A stretch of DNA of 64,000 nucleotides, taken from IMG/VR virus record IMGVR_UViG_2639763012_000002, positions 29,914 to 93,913 of that record. One strand, given 5' to 3'. Position 1 is the stretch's first letter. Each line of letters opens with the position of its first letter. A program made the translations under genes and the position numbers. This stretch comes from a virus. Lineage: Duplodnaviria; Caudoviricetes. Below, one piece after another: positions 1 to 9,275 of this stretch. The notes under the pieces are model-generated. The model ran no database searches. It was not told the origin of the DNA and was given only the letters and a program-made list of their open reading frames with translations.

Positions 1-885
1 CGCTCCCGCCGCGGGGAAATCGTCATCGAGGCGCAGGACGTCACTGCCTGGCTGGAGCAGCTGGTCAACACCTACCGCGTCGGCTACACCACGGCGACAC
101 CGGACGCCCAGGGGCGCCGTCGCGGCACGATCGCCTACATCGCGGCCAACCATCTCAGGCTGAACATGATCGAGTCGGCGCTGTCTGACCCTGCGGATTA
201 CGCGGGGATCATGCAGCACCTGGTGGTGCGTGAGGACGGCCTGCCCACCATCAAGGTCGAGCGCGACGGATCAACGAACGACGCGATCTGGACGGTGCCG
301 ATGGCGGACGCCTGGCGGGAGTGGACCAAACGCGGCCTGACCTGGACCACCGTGGGCAGGTCGATCGTGCTGCGTGGCTCACCGACCGAGCAGACGATCC
401 CGCAGGCCCGCCTGACCATGGATGATTTCGCCGGCGACGTGGAGATCATCCGCGACGGCCTGGAGGCTGCCACCTACGCATTCGCCACGACCCAACGACC
501 GGGCAGCCAGGACATCTCCGAGGGTGTGACGGTCGGCACCGGCCGCACGGGGACGCCGTACGGGCGGCTGGATCGGATCGTCGTGGTCGATGAGGACGAC
601 CCGGACCCGGCCGACCTGGAGCGCGCCGCGCGGGAGGAACTGTCAGGCCGCTACCCGGCGCCAATGGTGATCTCCATGCCGGCCGACGCGCAACTCGCCC
701 CCGACGCACCGATCACGGTGCGGCAGCTGGTGCCCGGGGAGCGCATCGACGTGACCGGCGACGAGTGCTGGCGCATCCAGCGAGGGTTCCGACTCACCGA
801 CGTGCGCGGGGTGTGGCAGTCCGGGGTGGAGCGGATCTCGATCGGCCTGGTGCCGCTCGGCGATACGGAGGTGCCGACGGGTTGA
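1..885 (+). CDS. Phage minor tail protein, 5'-partial
   Basis: Frame 1 is open from base 1 to TGA 883-885; C-terminus (YGRLDRIV...LVPGERIDV...V.G.W....ERISIGL) resembles actinophage siphovirus minor tail proteins; sits in tail-gene context. Confidence 0.65.
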   Translation, partial: RSRRGEIVIEAQDVTAWLEQLVNTYRVGYTTATPDAQGRRRGTIAYIAANHLRLNMIESALSDPADYAGIMQHLVVREDGLPTIKVERDGSTNDAIWTVPMADAWREWTKRGLTWTTVGRSIVLRGSPTEQTIPQARLTMDDFAGDVEIIRDGLEAATYAFATTQRPGSQDISEGVTVGTGRTGTPYGRLDRIVVVDEDDPDPADLERAAREELSGRYPAPMVISMPADAQLAPDAPITVRQLVPGERIDVTGDECWRIQRGFRLTDVRGVWQSGVERISIGLVPLGDTEVPTG

Positions 886-1050
886 CTTCCTCCCCCGCCT
901 AAAGGCGGGGGATTCCAGCGGTCGCCCGCTGGGTTTCCTGCTTCACCAACGACCGCCCCGTCCGGGAGGACTCCCGTTGAGGTCTTACACCGTCTCCACA
1001 GGCAGACGCCGCCAGCCCGGCGGCCAGGATGTTGCGTGCCGCGTTCACGT
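862..1050 (-). ncRNA. Predicted TnpB omegaRNA (reRNA); guide about CCCGTCGGCACCTCCGTATC
   Basis: TnpB reRNAs are known to overlap the tnpB 3' end and right end and to take their guide from flanking DNA (862-881); the 5' boundary is a guess. Confidence 0.6.
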
Positions 1051-2268
1051 CACGGTCATGCGCCGTGCCGCACTCGCACGTCCACTCGCGGACGTTGAGC
1101 GGCATCTTCGCCGTGACCGTGCCGCAGGCCCCGCACAGCTTGCTGGAGGGGAACCAGCGGTCGATCACGACGAGTTCACGCCCGTACCAGGCGCACTTGT
1201 ACTCCAGCATGGAGCGCAGTTCCGTCCACGATGCGTCCGAGATAGCGCGCGCCAGGGAATGACTCTTCAGCAGGTTGCGGACCGACAGGTCCTCGATCAC
1301 GACCACTTGGTTCTCATGGACGAGTCGAGTCGACAGCTTGTGCAGGAAGTCACGACGCCGGTCGACGATCCGCGCATGGACCTTGGCCACCTTGCGCCGG
1401 GCCTTCTCCCGGTTCGCCGATCCCTTCGCCTTGCGGCACAGCTCACGCTGTGCCTTCGCCAGGCGCGCCCGGTCCCGCCGTTCATGCCGGGGATTGGCGA
1501 TCTTCTCCCCGGTGGACAGGGTCACCAGCGAGGTGATGCCCGCGTCGATGCCGACCGCCGCCGTGGTGGGCCGTGCCGGGGTAATGGTGTCCTCGCACAG
1601 CAGGGACACGAACCAACGTCCGGCACTGTCGCGAGAGACGGTCACCGTCGTCGGTACCGAACCTTCGGGAAGCGGACGCGACCAACGGATATCCAACGGC
1701 TCGGCCATCTTCGCCAGCGTCAGCTTCCCGTCGCGCCACTTGAAGGCGCTGCGGGTGTACTCGGCCGACGCGCGGGACTTCTTCCGGCTCTTGTACCGGG
1801 GGTACTTCGCCCGCTTGGCGAAGAAGTTGGCGAACGCCGTCTGAAGATGTCTGAGCGCCTGCTGGAGCGGGACGGAGGACACCTCCCTCAGGAAGGCGAG
1901 TTCCTCGGTCTTCTTCCACTCCGTGAGCGCGGTCGAGGACTGCACGTAGGAGACACGGCGGTGTTCGCCGTACCACGCGCGAGTGCGCTCCTCCAGCGCC
2001 TTGTTGTACACGAGACGGACGCAGCCGAACGTGCGCGACAGCTCAGCTGCCTGCTCGTCCGTGGGGTAAAAGCGGTACCGAAAAGCCCGCTTGACCTGCT
2101 GCGTCATGCCTCACATTCTATCAACTTCCCTGTCAGCGCCGGGCGTTGGCTGTTGGCCGGTGGACGCCGGTCCGCCCTGGCGGCGAACCGGCTTTCCCTG
2201 CCCTGCTCCGCAGGAGCTTCGTTTCCTCCCCGACCTGAAGGCCGGGGTATCCACGAAGGAAGGCGCCG
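882..2268 (-). mobile_element. IS200/IS605-family (IS1341-type, tnpB only) insertion sequence
   Basis: Subterminal hairpins CCCCCGCC-TAAA-GGCGGGGG (892-911) and CCCCGACC-TGAA-GGCCGGGG (2228-2247). On the minus strand the right end finishes in TCAA with guide GAAT; left-end guide GATA predicts a TCnT target and TCAT lies at 2269-2272. No tnpA. Confidence 0.9.
899..2107 (-). CDS. tnpB: RNA-guided endonuclease TnpB
   Basis: N-terminal AFRYRFYPT HTH; RuvC-I GIDAG; RuvC-II VIEDL; CxxC...CxC zinc finger; RuvC-III HDRDVNAARNI; D-E-D triad intact. Confidence 0.96.
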   Translation of the reverse strand: MTQQVKRAFRYRFYPTDEQAAELSRTFGCVRLVYNKALEERTRAWYGEHRRVSYVQSSTALTEWKKTEELAFLREVSSVPLQQALRHLQTAFANFFAKRAKYPRYKSRKKSRASAEYTRSAFKWRDGKLTLAKMAEPLDIRWSRPLPEGSVPTTVTVSRDSAGRWFVSLLCEDTITPARPTTAAVGIDAGITSLVTLSTGEKIANPRHERRDRARLAKAQRELCRKAKGSANREKARRKVAKVHARIVDRRRDFLHKLSTRLVHENQVVVIEDLSVRNLLKSHSLARAISDASWTELRSMLEYKCAWYGRELVVIDRWFPSSKLCGACGTVTAKMPLNVREWTCECGTAHDRDVNAARNILAAGLAASACGDGVRPQRESSRTGRSLVKQETQRATAGIPRL

Positions 2269-2475
2269 ATGAGCGGGAGTTTGGTGCCGGGGCAGCGATC
2301 GGCGCAGGACCCGCAGCGCGCGGCTGGGTACGCGGTGCGGGCGATGGGACGCGGCTCCCGGCCACAGGCCGGTCTGTCGAGCGTGATGTGGCTGACGATC
2401 AAGGGCCGCCGTATGCGGCTCACCGTGGGCGAGGACGGCCGGGAGCGGCTGGAGAGCATGGAGGGAGACGGCTGA
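2269..2475 (+). CDS. Small hypothetical tail-module protein
   Basis: ATG after GAAGGAAGG; TGATG overlap with the next gene. Confidence 0.65.
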   Translation: MSGSLVPGQRSAQDPQRAAGYAVRAMGRGSRPQAGLSSVMWLTIKGRRMRLTVGEDGRERLESMEGDG

Positions 2476-4343
2476 TGGGTGTGCCGTGTGGGTGCGGCGG
2501 CGGGCAGGTCACGGTGTCGGGTATCGCCCCGATCTACGTGAACCGATCCGGGGTACGGCCGGTGGACTACCAGGTGGGGATCGGGCCGCCCGGGGCCGAT
2601 CCGTGTCAGGCGATCACGGACTGTGTGCACCTGGGACCCGGGCTCGTGCGGGACGAGGGCACCGGCGCCATCCAGGCGTTCCTGTCCCGCGATGCGGGCA
2701 ACACGCTGCACTTCGGGACCGACGGCGGGCTGAAGAACCTGGAGGGCGGCGAACCTTCCCCTGATGAGTGCCGGGTGACGGTCGACTCACTGCCCGAGGC
2801 CGACCTGATCGGTGCCAAAGCGTTGGCCGGCCTCCACAACCCCTACAGCTCGCCGTACGGGCTGGAGTACTGCCTGGCCAACCGGATCGACCTGATCCAC
2901 TACATCGTCGGCACCACCGCTGACGGGGTCGGCGTGGTGTCGGACTACTGGGCGATGGAGATGGTGACCCGCCGCTCCAGCATCTACGTCGACACCCCGA
3001 TCGCCCTCCTCAACTCCGCCACAGTCAAGACCGCCTACAACTACGCCGGCAACGTAGACGATCCGGTCTCCCATACTCCGACGAGCCGATCTGACCGGGG
3101 CGGAGGCTGGTACGGGTGGCTCGCCCAGCGCTACCACCAGCCGTTGGCCGAGGATTTCCTGCGCACCATCAACGGCCGGGCGATCGCGGTGATGGCGTGC
3201 GTGCCGTCCGGGGCCACCGTTGGTTCGGAGGCGCACCACGTGCAGGGCGCGATCCGCGCCGCGATGCAGACCTGCACGCAGGACTCCGTGATGATCGCCG
3301 TGGCCGAGATCCCCAACGCCACCACGGTCCTCAACGCCGGCATCACGCCGATCATGATGCCGGACGGGCAGAACCCGCCCGCGACGTGGGGCGTGGACAC
3401 CCTGCCGTACCCGCCCGCCGATCTCACCGCGGCCGGCATCGGCTGGATCATCCTGTCCGACCACTACACGGACGCGGTGATCTCGGCCTACGTGGACGCA
3501 GGGCTGAGCGTCATCCTCATGGGCAACTCCCGCCACGAGCAGCGCCCCCGCGAACAGGCGCTGGGAGTGCGCGGCGTGATGGGCCTGGACCCGGTGTACT
3601 ACCGAGCCGGGCGCGGCGCCCCCAGCTACGTGGGCGAGTACGACCCGATAGGGCTGCGCCGCCCCGGGGTCGGGCAGCTGACGCACCGCACCGACCAGCA
3701 CGGCGTGATCGACAACGCCGGCCTGGTCCGTGGCCGACCCAAGGCCGAGGGGCAGGGCCTGATCCTGCCGCCAGGGTTCGGCGGCGGCCTCGGGCGGCCG
3801 AGCGTGCTGTGCGGCTGGGAGTCCGACGGCACCCCGGCGCCGGCGTCGTACCGCATCACCTACGACTGCCGGTGGAACACGCTCGCCCCGGACTCAGCCG
3901 GCCGCGCCAAGATGTCGCTGCTGTTTGGGGCGTTGACCGACGAGAGCACGCTGGCCTACCCGCAGGACAACCCGGACCTGAACCCGGCCGGCTACCCGGA
4001 CGGGCAGGTCACCATGTACCGCGCGTTCCAACGCCAGTCCGGGGAGATCGGGATCGCGAAATGGGGCGCGCCTGGCGAGACCATCACCTACCTCGCGACG
4101 CTCGACACCCCGCCGATCGCCGCCGGGTTCTGGAGCACGTACACGATCGAGGTCAGCGGCGACCAGATCGTGTTCTCCCGCGAGCTGACGGACGGCACCA
4201 CCTACTCGGTGACGGCGGCCGATGACCAGTACCGCGGGCCGTACATGTACATCGAGAAGGAAGAGACGTTCGTCGGCGCGAGTGGCGACGAGCCGAACGA
4301 GTTCGAGGGAGAGTTCCGCAACGTGGACAGGGTGGCACTGTGA
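2475..4343 (+). CDS. Tail/receptor-binding protein with degenerate glycerophosphodiester phosphodiesterase-like domain and C-terminal beta-rich (lectin-like) domain
   Basis: MGVPCGCGGG start at the TGATG overlap; GLEYCLANRIDLIHYIVGTTADGVGVVSD resembles the GDPD N-terminus; tail context. Confidence 0.55.
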   Translation: MGVPCGCGGGQVTVSGIAPIYVNRSGVRPVDYQVGIGPPGADPCQAITDCVHLGPGLVRDEGTGAIQAFLSRDAGNTLHFGTDGGLKNLEGGEPSPDECRVTVDSLPEADLIGAKALAGLHNPYSSPYGLEYCLANRIDLIHYIVGTTADGVGVVSDYWAMEMVTRRSSIYVDTPIALLNSATVKTAYNYAGNVDDPVSHTPTSRSDRGGGWYGWLAQRYHQPLAEDFLRTINGRAIAVMACVPSGATVGSEAHHVQGAIRAAMQTCTQDSVMIAVAEIPNATTVLNAGITPIMMPDGQNPPATWGVDTLPYPPADLTAAGIGWIILSDHYTDAVISAYVDAGLSVILMGNSRHEQRPREQALGVRGVMGLDPVYYRAGRGAPSYVGEYDPIGLRRPGVGQLTHRTDQHGVIDNAGLVRGRPKAEGQGLILPPGFGGGLGRPSVLCGWESDGTPAPASYRITYDCRWNTLAPDSAGRAKMSLLFGALTDESTLAYPQDNPDLNPAGYPDGQVTMYRAFQRQSGEIGIAKWGAPGETITYLATLDTPPIAAGFWSTYTIEVSGDQIVFSRELTDGTTYSVTAADDQYRGPYMYIEKEETFVGASGDEPNEFEGEFRNVDRVAL

Positions 4344-5362
4344 GGGTTGTTGCGTCGGTGCACTTCGCGGCACCACACCGGATGGCCGGCAGCGAGACGA
4401 TGCTGCACACCATGATGCGGTCCGTGGCCGAGGCCGGGCACGAGGCGCACGTTGTCGTCTCCGACCTACCCGACGCCCCACCAACGTGGGAGTACCAGGG
4501 CGTGACGGGGCACTCCCGCCGTGGGGTGGCTGAGGCGACGCGGTTCCTGCGGCAGCTGCGGCCGGACGTGATCGTGACGCACCACCAGAACGCCATCCAG
4601 GGCATCATGGAGGCGCGCCGGCTGGGCGTGCAGTCCGTGTTCATCCAGCACAACTCGTTCGGCCTCAACCGGCAGATCCTCGCACTGCGCCCGGACCTGA
4701 CGGTGTTCAACACGGAGTGGATCAAGGCGATGTGGGGCCAGCAGGCCGGCCGCAGCATCGTGATCCACCCACCGGTGCGGGCCGACGACCACGCGACCAC
4801 CCCGGGCAACCACGTCACCCTCATCAACCTCAACCGGCACAAAGGCGTCGACCTGTTCTACAGGCTCGCTCGCCATTTCCCCCACCAGCCGTTCCTGGGT
4901 GTGCATGGGGGACACGGGCAGCAGATCGTGCACGGCGCCCCACCGAACGTTCGGATCATCCCGCAGACCAACAACATGCGCGACGACGTGTGGGCCCGCA
5001 CCCGCGTGCTCCTCGTCCCCTCGGTGTACGAGTCGTACGGCATGGTCGCAGCCGAGGCCCTGTGCTCCGGCATCCCCGTGATGGCCAACGCCACCCCTGG
5101 CCTCCAGGAGTGCCTGGGCGCGGCCGGGATCTGGCCGGGCGGGGTGCGGGCCGTGACCCAGCCGGTGCCCTCCAACATCGTCCACACCAGCGCGGGGGCC
5201 CTCGCGCAGTGGGTGGCGATCCTGCGCCGCCTGCTGACTGACCACGAGGAGTGGGAGCGGGTCTCGGCCGTGTGCCGGCAGCGGTCGGCCGAGCTGGCCC
5301 CTGGGCCGGAGATGGCCCGCTGGGTCGCCGAGCTGGAGGCGATGGCGCCCGCCAAGGCGTGA
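4340..5362 (+). CDS. Glycosyltransferase family 4 (GT-B)
   Basis: AGSETMLH N-terminal motif; HKGVDLF; LLVPSVYESYGMVAAEALCSGIPV (EX7E motif). Confidence 0.9.
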   Translation: MRVVASVHFAAPHRMAGSETMLHTMMRSVAEAGHEAHVVVSDLPDAPPTWEYQGVTGHSRRGVAEATRFLRQLRPDVIVTHHQNAIQGIMEARRLGVQSVFIQHNSFGLNRQILALRPDLTVFNTEWIKAMWGQQAGRSIVIHPPVRADDHATTPGNHVTLINLNRHKGVDLFYRLARHFPHQPFLGVHGGHGQQIVHGAPPNVRIIPQTNNMRDDVWARTRVLLVPSVYESYGMVAAEALCSGIPVMANATPGLQECLGAAGIWPGGVRAVTQPVPSNIVHTSAGALAQWVAILRRLLTDHEEWERVSAVCRQRSAELAPGPEMARWVAELEAMAPAKA

Positions 5363-5380
5363 GCGTGTCCGGGTGCGCGC

Positions 5381-6178
5381 CTACCAGCGGGGCGCGCGCC
5401 CGACCCGCTTCCTCCACTCGGCGTGCAACTGGGCTCGCTCGTCCAGGAGTTCCGCGTGCCGTGCAGCCAACTGCGCCGCTGCTTCGCTGTGTAGCTGGCG
5501 GGCCTCGGCGGCTGCTGCGTCCGCGTCCCGCTGGACCTGGGCCAAGCGCTGCTGGAGCGACTTGATGGTGAGCTTGTCCTCTTGGAGCCGGCCAGGCAGC
5601 CTTTTGGCCGTGGTGTACAGGTCGTTGAAGAAGTCGGTGCGCGCCTCGGCTGAACCGAAAGGGAGCGGGAGCGAGTAGTACTCGTGCTCGCCATTCGGCC
5701 AGCGGAACACCAGCTCTTCCTCACCTCGAACTCGGGTGATGTCGTGGGTGATGCCCTGGAGAGGGATCTCGACGGGCTTCGGTGGTAGCGCCGGCTCTAC
5801 GGCAGGAGGCGCGTCGGCTGGCGCAGTACTGGTCTCCACCCGTGGTTCCTCCTGGACGCGGAAAAGGACCCGTTCGTGGAGGACGAGAGGCAGGAGCCGA
5901 TTCACCTCTTGGCCGCTCCCTGGGAACTGCGCCGCTTCGATCTCTGGCTCTAGCTCTGCGGCTTGCCGCTCGAAGGGCTGGCGTGCGGCCTGCTCATCGA
6001 CCTCAACTGAGTTCTGTCCGCGTGCGTTGACGGCGGCCTTCCGGAGCGCCATGCGGTTGTGGTGTAGTCGCTGACGGAGGTCTGCCAGGTCTGCGCGGAA
6101 CGGTGCGCCCGGGTAGGCCGTCCAGCGCCAGAACACCCATGCCGCGCCAGCGGCCAGCAGTGTCAGCAGTAACGCCAC
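5381..6178 (-). CDS. Membrane-anchored coiled-coil hypothetical protein
   Basis: GTG after GGGAGGGG RBS; N-terminal TM helix; C-terminal heptads. Confidence 0.6.
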   Translation of the reverse strand: MALLLTLLAAGAAWVFWRWTAYPGAPFRADLADLRQRLHHNRMALRKAAVNARGQNSVEVDEQAARQPFERQAAELEPEIEAAQFPGSGQEVNRLLPLVLHERVLFRVQEEPRVETSTAPADAPPAVEPALPPKPVEIPLQGITHDITRVRGEEELVFRWPNGEHEYYSLPLPFGSAEARTDFFNDLYTTAKRLPGRLQEDKLTIKSLQQRLAQVQRDADAAAAEARQLHSEAAAQLAARHAELLDERAQLHAEWRKRVGRAPRW

Positions 6179-6570
6179 GGTAAGCCCCTCCCATGTCCCG
6201 TCGTCGGCGGGAGGGATTCTGCCAGCGCGAGCGGGCACGGGGGGCCACATTCACCAGATCGTGTGACCGGTCGAGCACTTCATGTCAACGCGAGGCGCGT
6301 GCTTGGATCTTCGCTGTTTCTACCCGGGCGCGGGTGACGATGTACGTGATGAGGGTGACGCCAGCGACAGCGCAGACGCCCAGGAGTGCGGTGACGATCG
6401 CGGTGGTTCCGGCCATGAGCAATACACCTCCGGGGGCACGTCGATGATGTGGTGCCCCCTGGTCGCCCTCGCTGTGCACACCGGGCAGCGAGGGCGACCC
6501 ACACGCATCGCACTGCAACAGCCGCCAACCAGGAACATGTTGACGCAGGTCAGTGTACGTGGGATCGCCC

Positions 6571-7170
6571 TCAGGCGGGCGGGTTGATAGTGCCGCGCCA
6601 GACGGGCGGCTCGTGCTCGGCGAGCTGCCATCGGTTGATGGTGATGGCGATGTCGCGCCCGTACCGGTCTAGGTCCATGGCGTAGATCTCGCGGTGCTCC
6701 ATCTGATGGCCGGGGGCCAGTTCGCCCTGGAGGGAGGCGCTGACGTCGGGTACCCATGCGGGGGTTGCGCTGCCGCCGGTGGTGGTTCCCTCGACGCGGG
6801 TCCCGATGTCGCTGAGGTCGAGGGGTGCGTCGCTGTCGTTAACGAGGGTCATGTTGATCCAGAACGCGGTGAGGCCGTCGTCGACGGTGTAGCCCTCGGG
6901 GAGGTCGGTGGGTCCGATCTCGTGGGCGCTGGTGATGGTGGTGGTGATGCCGTCGCCCCAGTCATGAGCGTCTCCAGGGACGAGGTCACCGAGTGCCGTG
7001 GTGTCGCGGGCCTCCTCGCTGTCCGTGGGCTGCCCCTCCTGGGCCTGCTCGGACTGGCCGGCGGGCGGCGCGTCGCCAGCGTCGTCGCTGGAGCAGCCAG
7101 TGAGGGCGAGCAGGGTCGCTGCGGCGAGCGCGGTGGCCGTGGCTCTGCGTGTACTCACGGTGCTGGGCAT
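6571..7170 (-). CDS. Lipoprotein (DUF4352-like; possible superinfection exclusion)
   Basis: Signal peptide with lipobox LALTGC, acidic linker, beta-sandwich-like domain. Confidence 0.75.
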   Translation of the reverse strand: MPSTVSTRRATATALAAATLLALTGCSSDDAGDAPPAGQSEQAQEGQPTDSEEARDTTALGDLVPGDAHDWGDGITTTITSAHEIGPTDLPEGYTVDDGLTAFWINMTLVNDSDAPLDLSDIGTRVEGTTTGGSATPAWVPDVSASLQGELAPGHQMEHREIYAMDLDRYGRDIAITINRWQLAEHEPPVWRGTINPPA

Positions 7171-7355
7171 GTCAGGTTCCCCCCGGGGGTGAGTGGGCGT
7201 GTCGAGAGGATAATGCCTCACCGATCGCTGGACGCGAGCGCCGTTTGACGCAGTGTGACACCCCTGTGATGCGGTCGCGCCATCGCAGTTGGTCCAGCAG
7301 ACGAGTGCGGACATGCTGGAGGCCGCACAGTGGGCGGTTGAGCCAGGGAGGCAGC

Positions 7356-7814
7356 ATGTCGAGTCTGAGTCCGCGCGGGACGTATCTCCAGGTCGCCGAT
7401 GCGATTCGTGGGCGGATCGAGGAGGACGAGGAGCTGGTGTGGCTGCCGCCGGTGAGCGCGCTGCGCGCCGAGTGCGGCGGCGTGTCCCGAGGGCTCGTGA
7501 CGCGAGCACTCAAGGCGTTGGAGTCCGAGGGGGTGGTGGTGTCGATGCAGGGGCGAGGGTGGCGTGTGGCTAGGGGGGTGGATCGGCGTCCGCTGGTGGA
7601 GCGGATGCGGGCGCTGTTCTCCGAGGACGGGCTGACGCTGGGGGGCGAGTACCCGAGCGAGGCCGAGCTGGGTGAGCGATTCGGCTACTCGCGGGTGGCG
7701 GTGCGGTCCGCCCTGGCGGAGCTGGAAGGGGCTGGGCTGTTGGAGTCGCGGCAGGGGCATCGGCGGGTGGTGCTGCGGCTGCCGACAGCGGACGGTGACG
7801 GCGGAGTCCGATAG
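7356..7814 (+). CDS. Tandem GntR winged-helix regulator
   Basis: Two wHTH motifs: YLQVADAIR...VSRGLVTRAL and YPSEAELGERFGYSRVAVRSAL. Confidence 0.85.
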   Translation: MSSLSPRGTYLQVADAIRGRIEEDEELVWLPPVSALRAECGGVSRGLVTRALKALESEGVVVSMQGRGWRVARGVDRRPLVERMRALFSEDGLTLGGEYPSEAELGERFGYSRVAVRSALAELEGAGLLESRQGHRRVVLRLPTADGDGGVR

Positions 7815-7945
7815 GGGCGGCGGTCTGACCGCTCCTCGCGGGGATGTTGGCCGGTTGTCGCTACCGCCCTGGTGGCGAGACGCGCCAGGGTGAGGGCCTG
7901 CCAGCGCCCGGGCGGGCGCTGGCAGGCCCCGACCAGAGGAGCAGC

Positions 7946-8512
7946 ATGGTGCACACCCGCGAGACAGCCCCCGCAGTGAGCGAGACGCCGGCGGTGCCGG
8001 CCGGGCGGCGAGCCGCAGCGGCCGTTGTGGTGACCGATCCTGCGGGCCGGGTGCTGCTCGTGCAGACCGTGGACGAGGACCCGCCGCGGTGGGGTCTGCC
8101 CGCCGGAGGCGTGGAGCCCGGCGAGCTGGCGCACGTGGGGGCGGCGCGGGAGCTGTGGGAGGAGACCGGGCTGCGCGCCGAGGTCGCCGAGGTCCTGGTG
8201 GTGGATCAGATGCCGGCCCGCCCTGCGGTGGCCGTGCCGCAGGGCGAGCCGGTGCCGCCGGGGGCGCGGTGGCTGTCGGAGGGGCTGACGCTGGTGTTCC
8301 GGGGCCCGCAGCTGTCCGCCGAGGAGGCTGCGGCCGTCACGGTGCCGGCGCACGCCGCCGGGGAGATCGGCGCGGTGGCGTGGGTGGCGGAGGGCGAGCT
8401 GGACGGGTGGGTGTCCGAGACGCAGGCAGGGCGGATCAGGCAGGCCCTGGTGCGGTTGCGTGCTGGTGCCGGCTGGCCGCTGCTCGTGCTCGGTGAGCCT
8501 GTCGGCAGCTAG
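7946..8512 (+). CDS. NUDIX hydrolase
   Basis: Nudix box WGLPAGGVEPGELAHVGAARELWEETGL. Confidence 0.9.
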   Translation: MVHTRETAPAVSETPAVPAGRRAAAAVVVTDPAGRVLLVQTVDEDPPRWGLPAGGVEPGELAHVGAARELWEETGLRAEVAEVLVVDQMPARPAVAVPQGEPVPPGARWLSEGLTLVFRGPQLSAEEAAAVTVPAHAAGEIGAVAWVAEGELDGWVSETQAGRIRQALVRLRAGAGWPLLVLGEPVGS

Positions 8513-8522
8513 ACGGAAAGTA

Positions 8523-8573
8523 GTGGCGTCACGCCACGAAAATGTGGACAGATGCCAATGCGGCGTGTAGTGT
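8523..8573 (+). promoter_or_regulatory. Promoter (TGGACA-17-TAGTGT) with upstream palindrome GTGGCGT-C-ACGCCAC
   Basis: Seen directly in sequence upstream of a two-gene cassette. Confidence 0.55.
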
Positions 8574-8618
8574 TGTTCTCACGGCAAGCGCAGAGCTTCA
8601 CGCAACGGAGGACACCCC

Positions 8619-8825
8619 ATGCACCCCATGATCGACACCATCAGGGAACTCACCACCGCCGCCGCCACCGCCGGCCAGGTCATCACGATCCAGGCGTACG
8701 GCCCGGACGGTGAGCGCCTGCGCGGCACCTACCTCGGAACCAACGGCAAGGTCGTCAGCATCGACACCGGCGACGACGTGGTGTACGTGACCGGCGACCG
8801 CATCGCCGGCGTGGACGCCGCCTGA
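8619..8825 (+). CDS. Small hypothetical protein (Sm/SH3-like beta fold)
   Basis: GGAGG RBS; TGATG coupling to next gene. Confidence 0.7.
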   Translation: MHPMIDTIRELTTAAATAGQVITIQAYGPDGERLRGTYLGTNGKVVSIDTGDDVVYVTGDRIAGVDAA

Positions 8826-9214
8826 TGACCAACACGCCCGCCAACGCTGCTGCGGCAGCCCAACTCGCTACCGCCGTACGGAAGGCCGTCACCGCCTACG
8901 AGACAGCCACCGGCACCACGCCGAGCACACTCACCACCAGCCTCGCCCGCCGCTACCGCGCCGCACACACCGCAGACGAGCGCCGGCAGTTGGCCGACGA
9001 CGTAGCGGGACTTCAGTTGGATGAGATCGCGGACATCGTCGTCGCCGCTCGCGCCGTTGAGCTGGCGCTGCCGCGCATCATCTCGGCCGCCGTCGACACT
9101 GGCACACCGGTCTCGGAGATCACCCGGGCACTGGGGTATCGGGACCCCAAGGGGGTCTACCGGCTCCTCCAGCGCGATGATGCGCCCCGCCGCACGCAAG
9201 ACGTCCCGAGATAG
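8825..9214 (+). CDS. C-terminal HTH DNA-binding protein
   Basis: GTPVSEITRALGYRDPKGVYRLL HTH. Confidence 0.7.
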   Translation: MTNTPANAAAAAQLATAVRKAVTAYETATGTTPSTLTTSLARRYRAAHTADERRQLADDVAGLQLDEIADIVVAARAVELALPRIISAAVDTGTPVSEITRALGYRDPKGVYRLLQRDDAPRRTQDVPR

Positions 9215-9275
9215 CCCCTGGGGCGGGGCCTTGCTGGTCCCTGCGCCCGTCCACTGCCGGTGTGCGGCGTCCCCG

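Noticed and set aside
2091-2474. N-terminal extension of the tail protein as given in the ORF track
   Set aside because: Runs through the IS left end and another gene; the real start is most likely ATG 2475.
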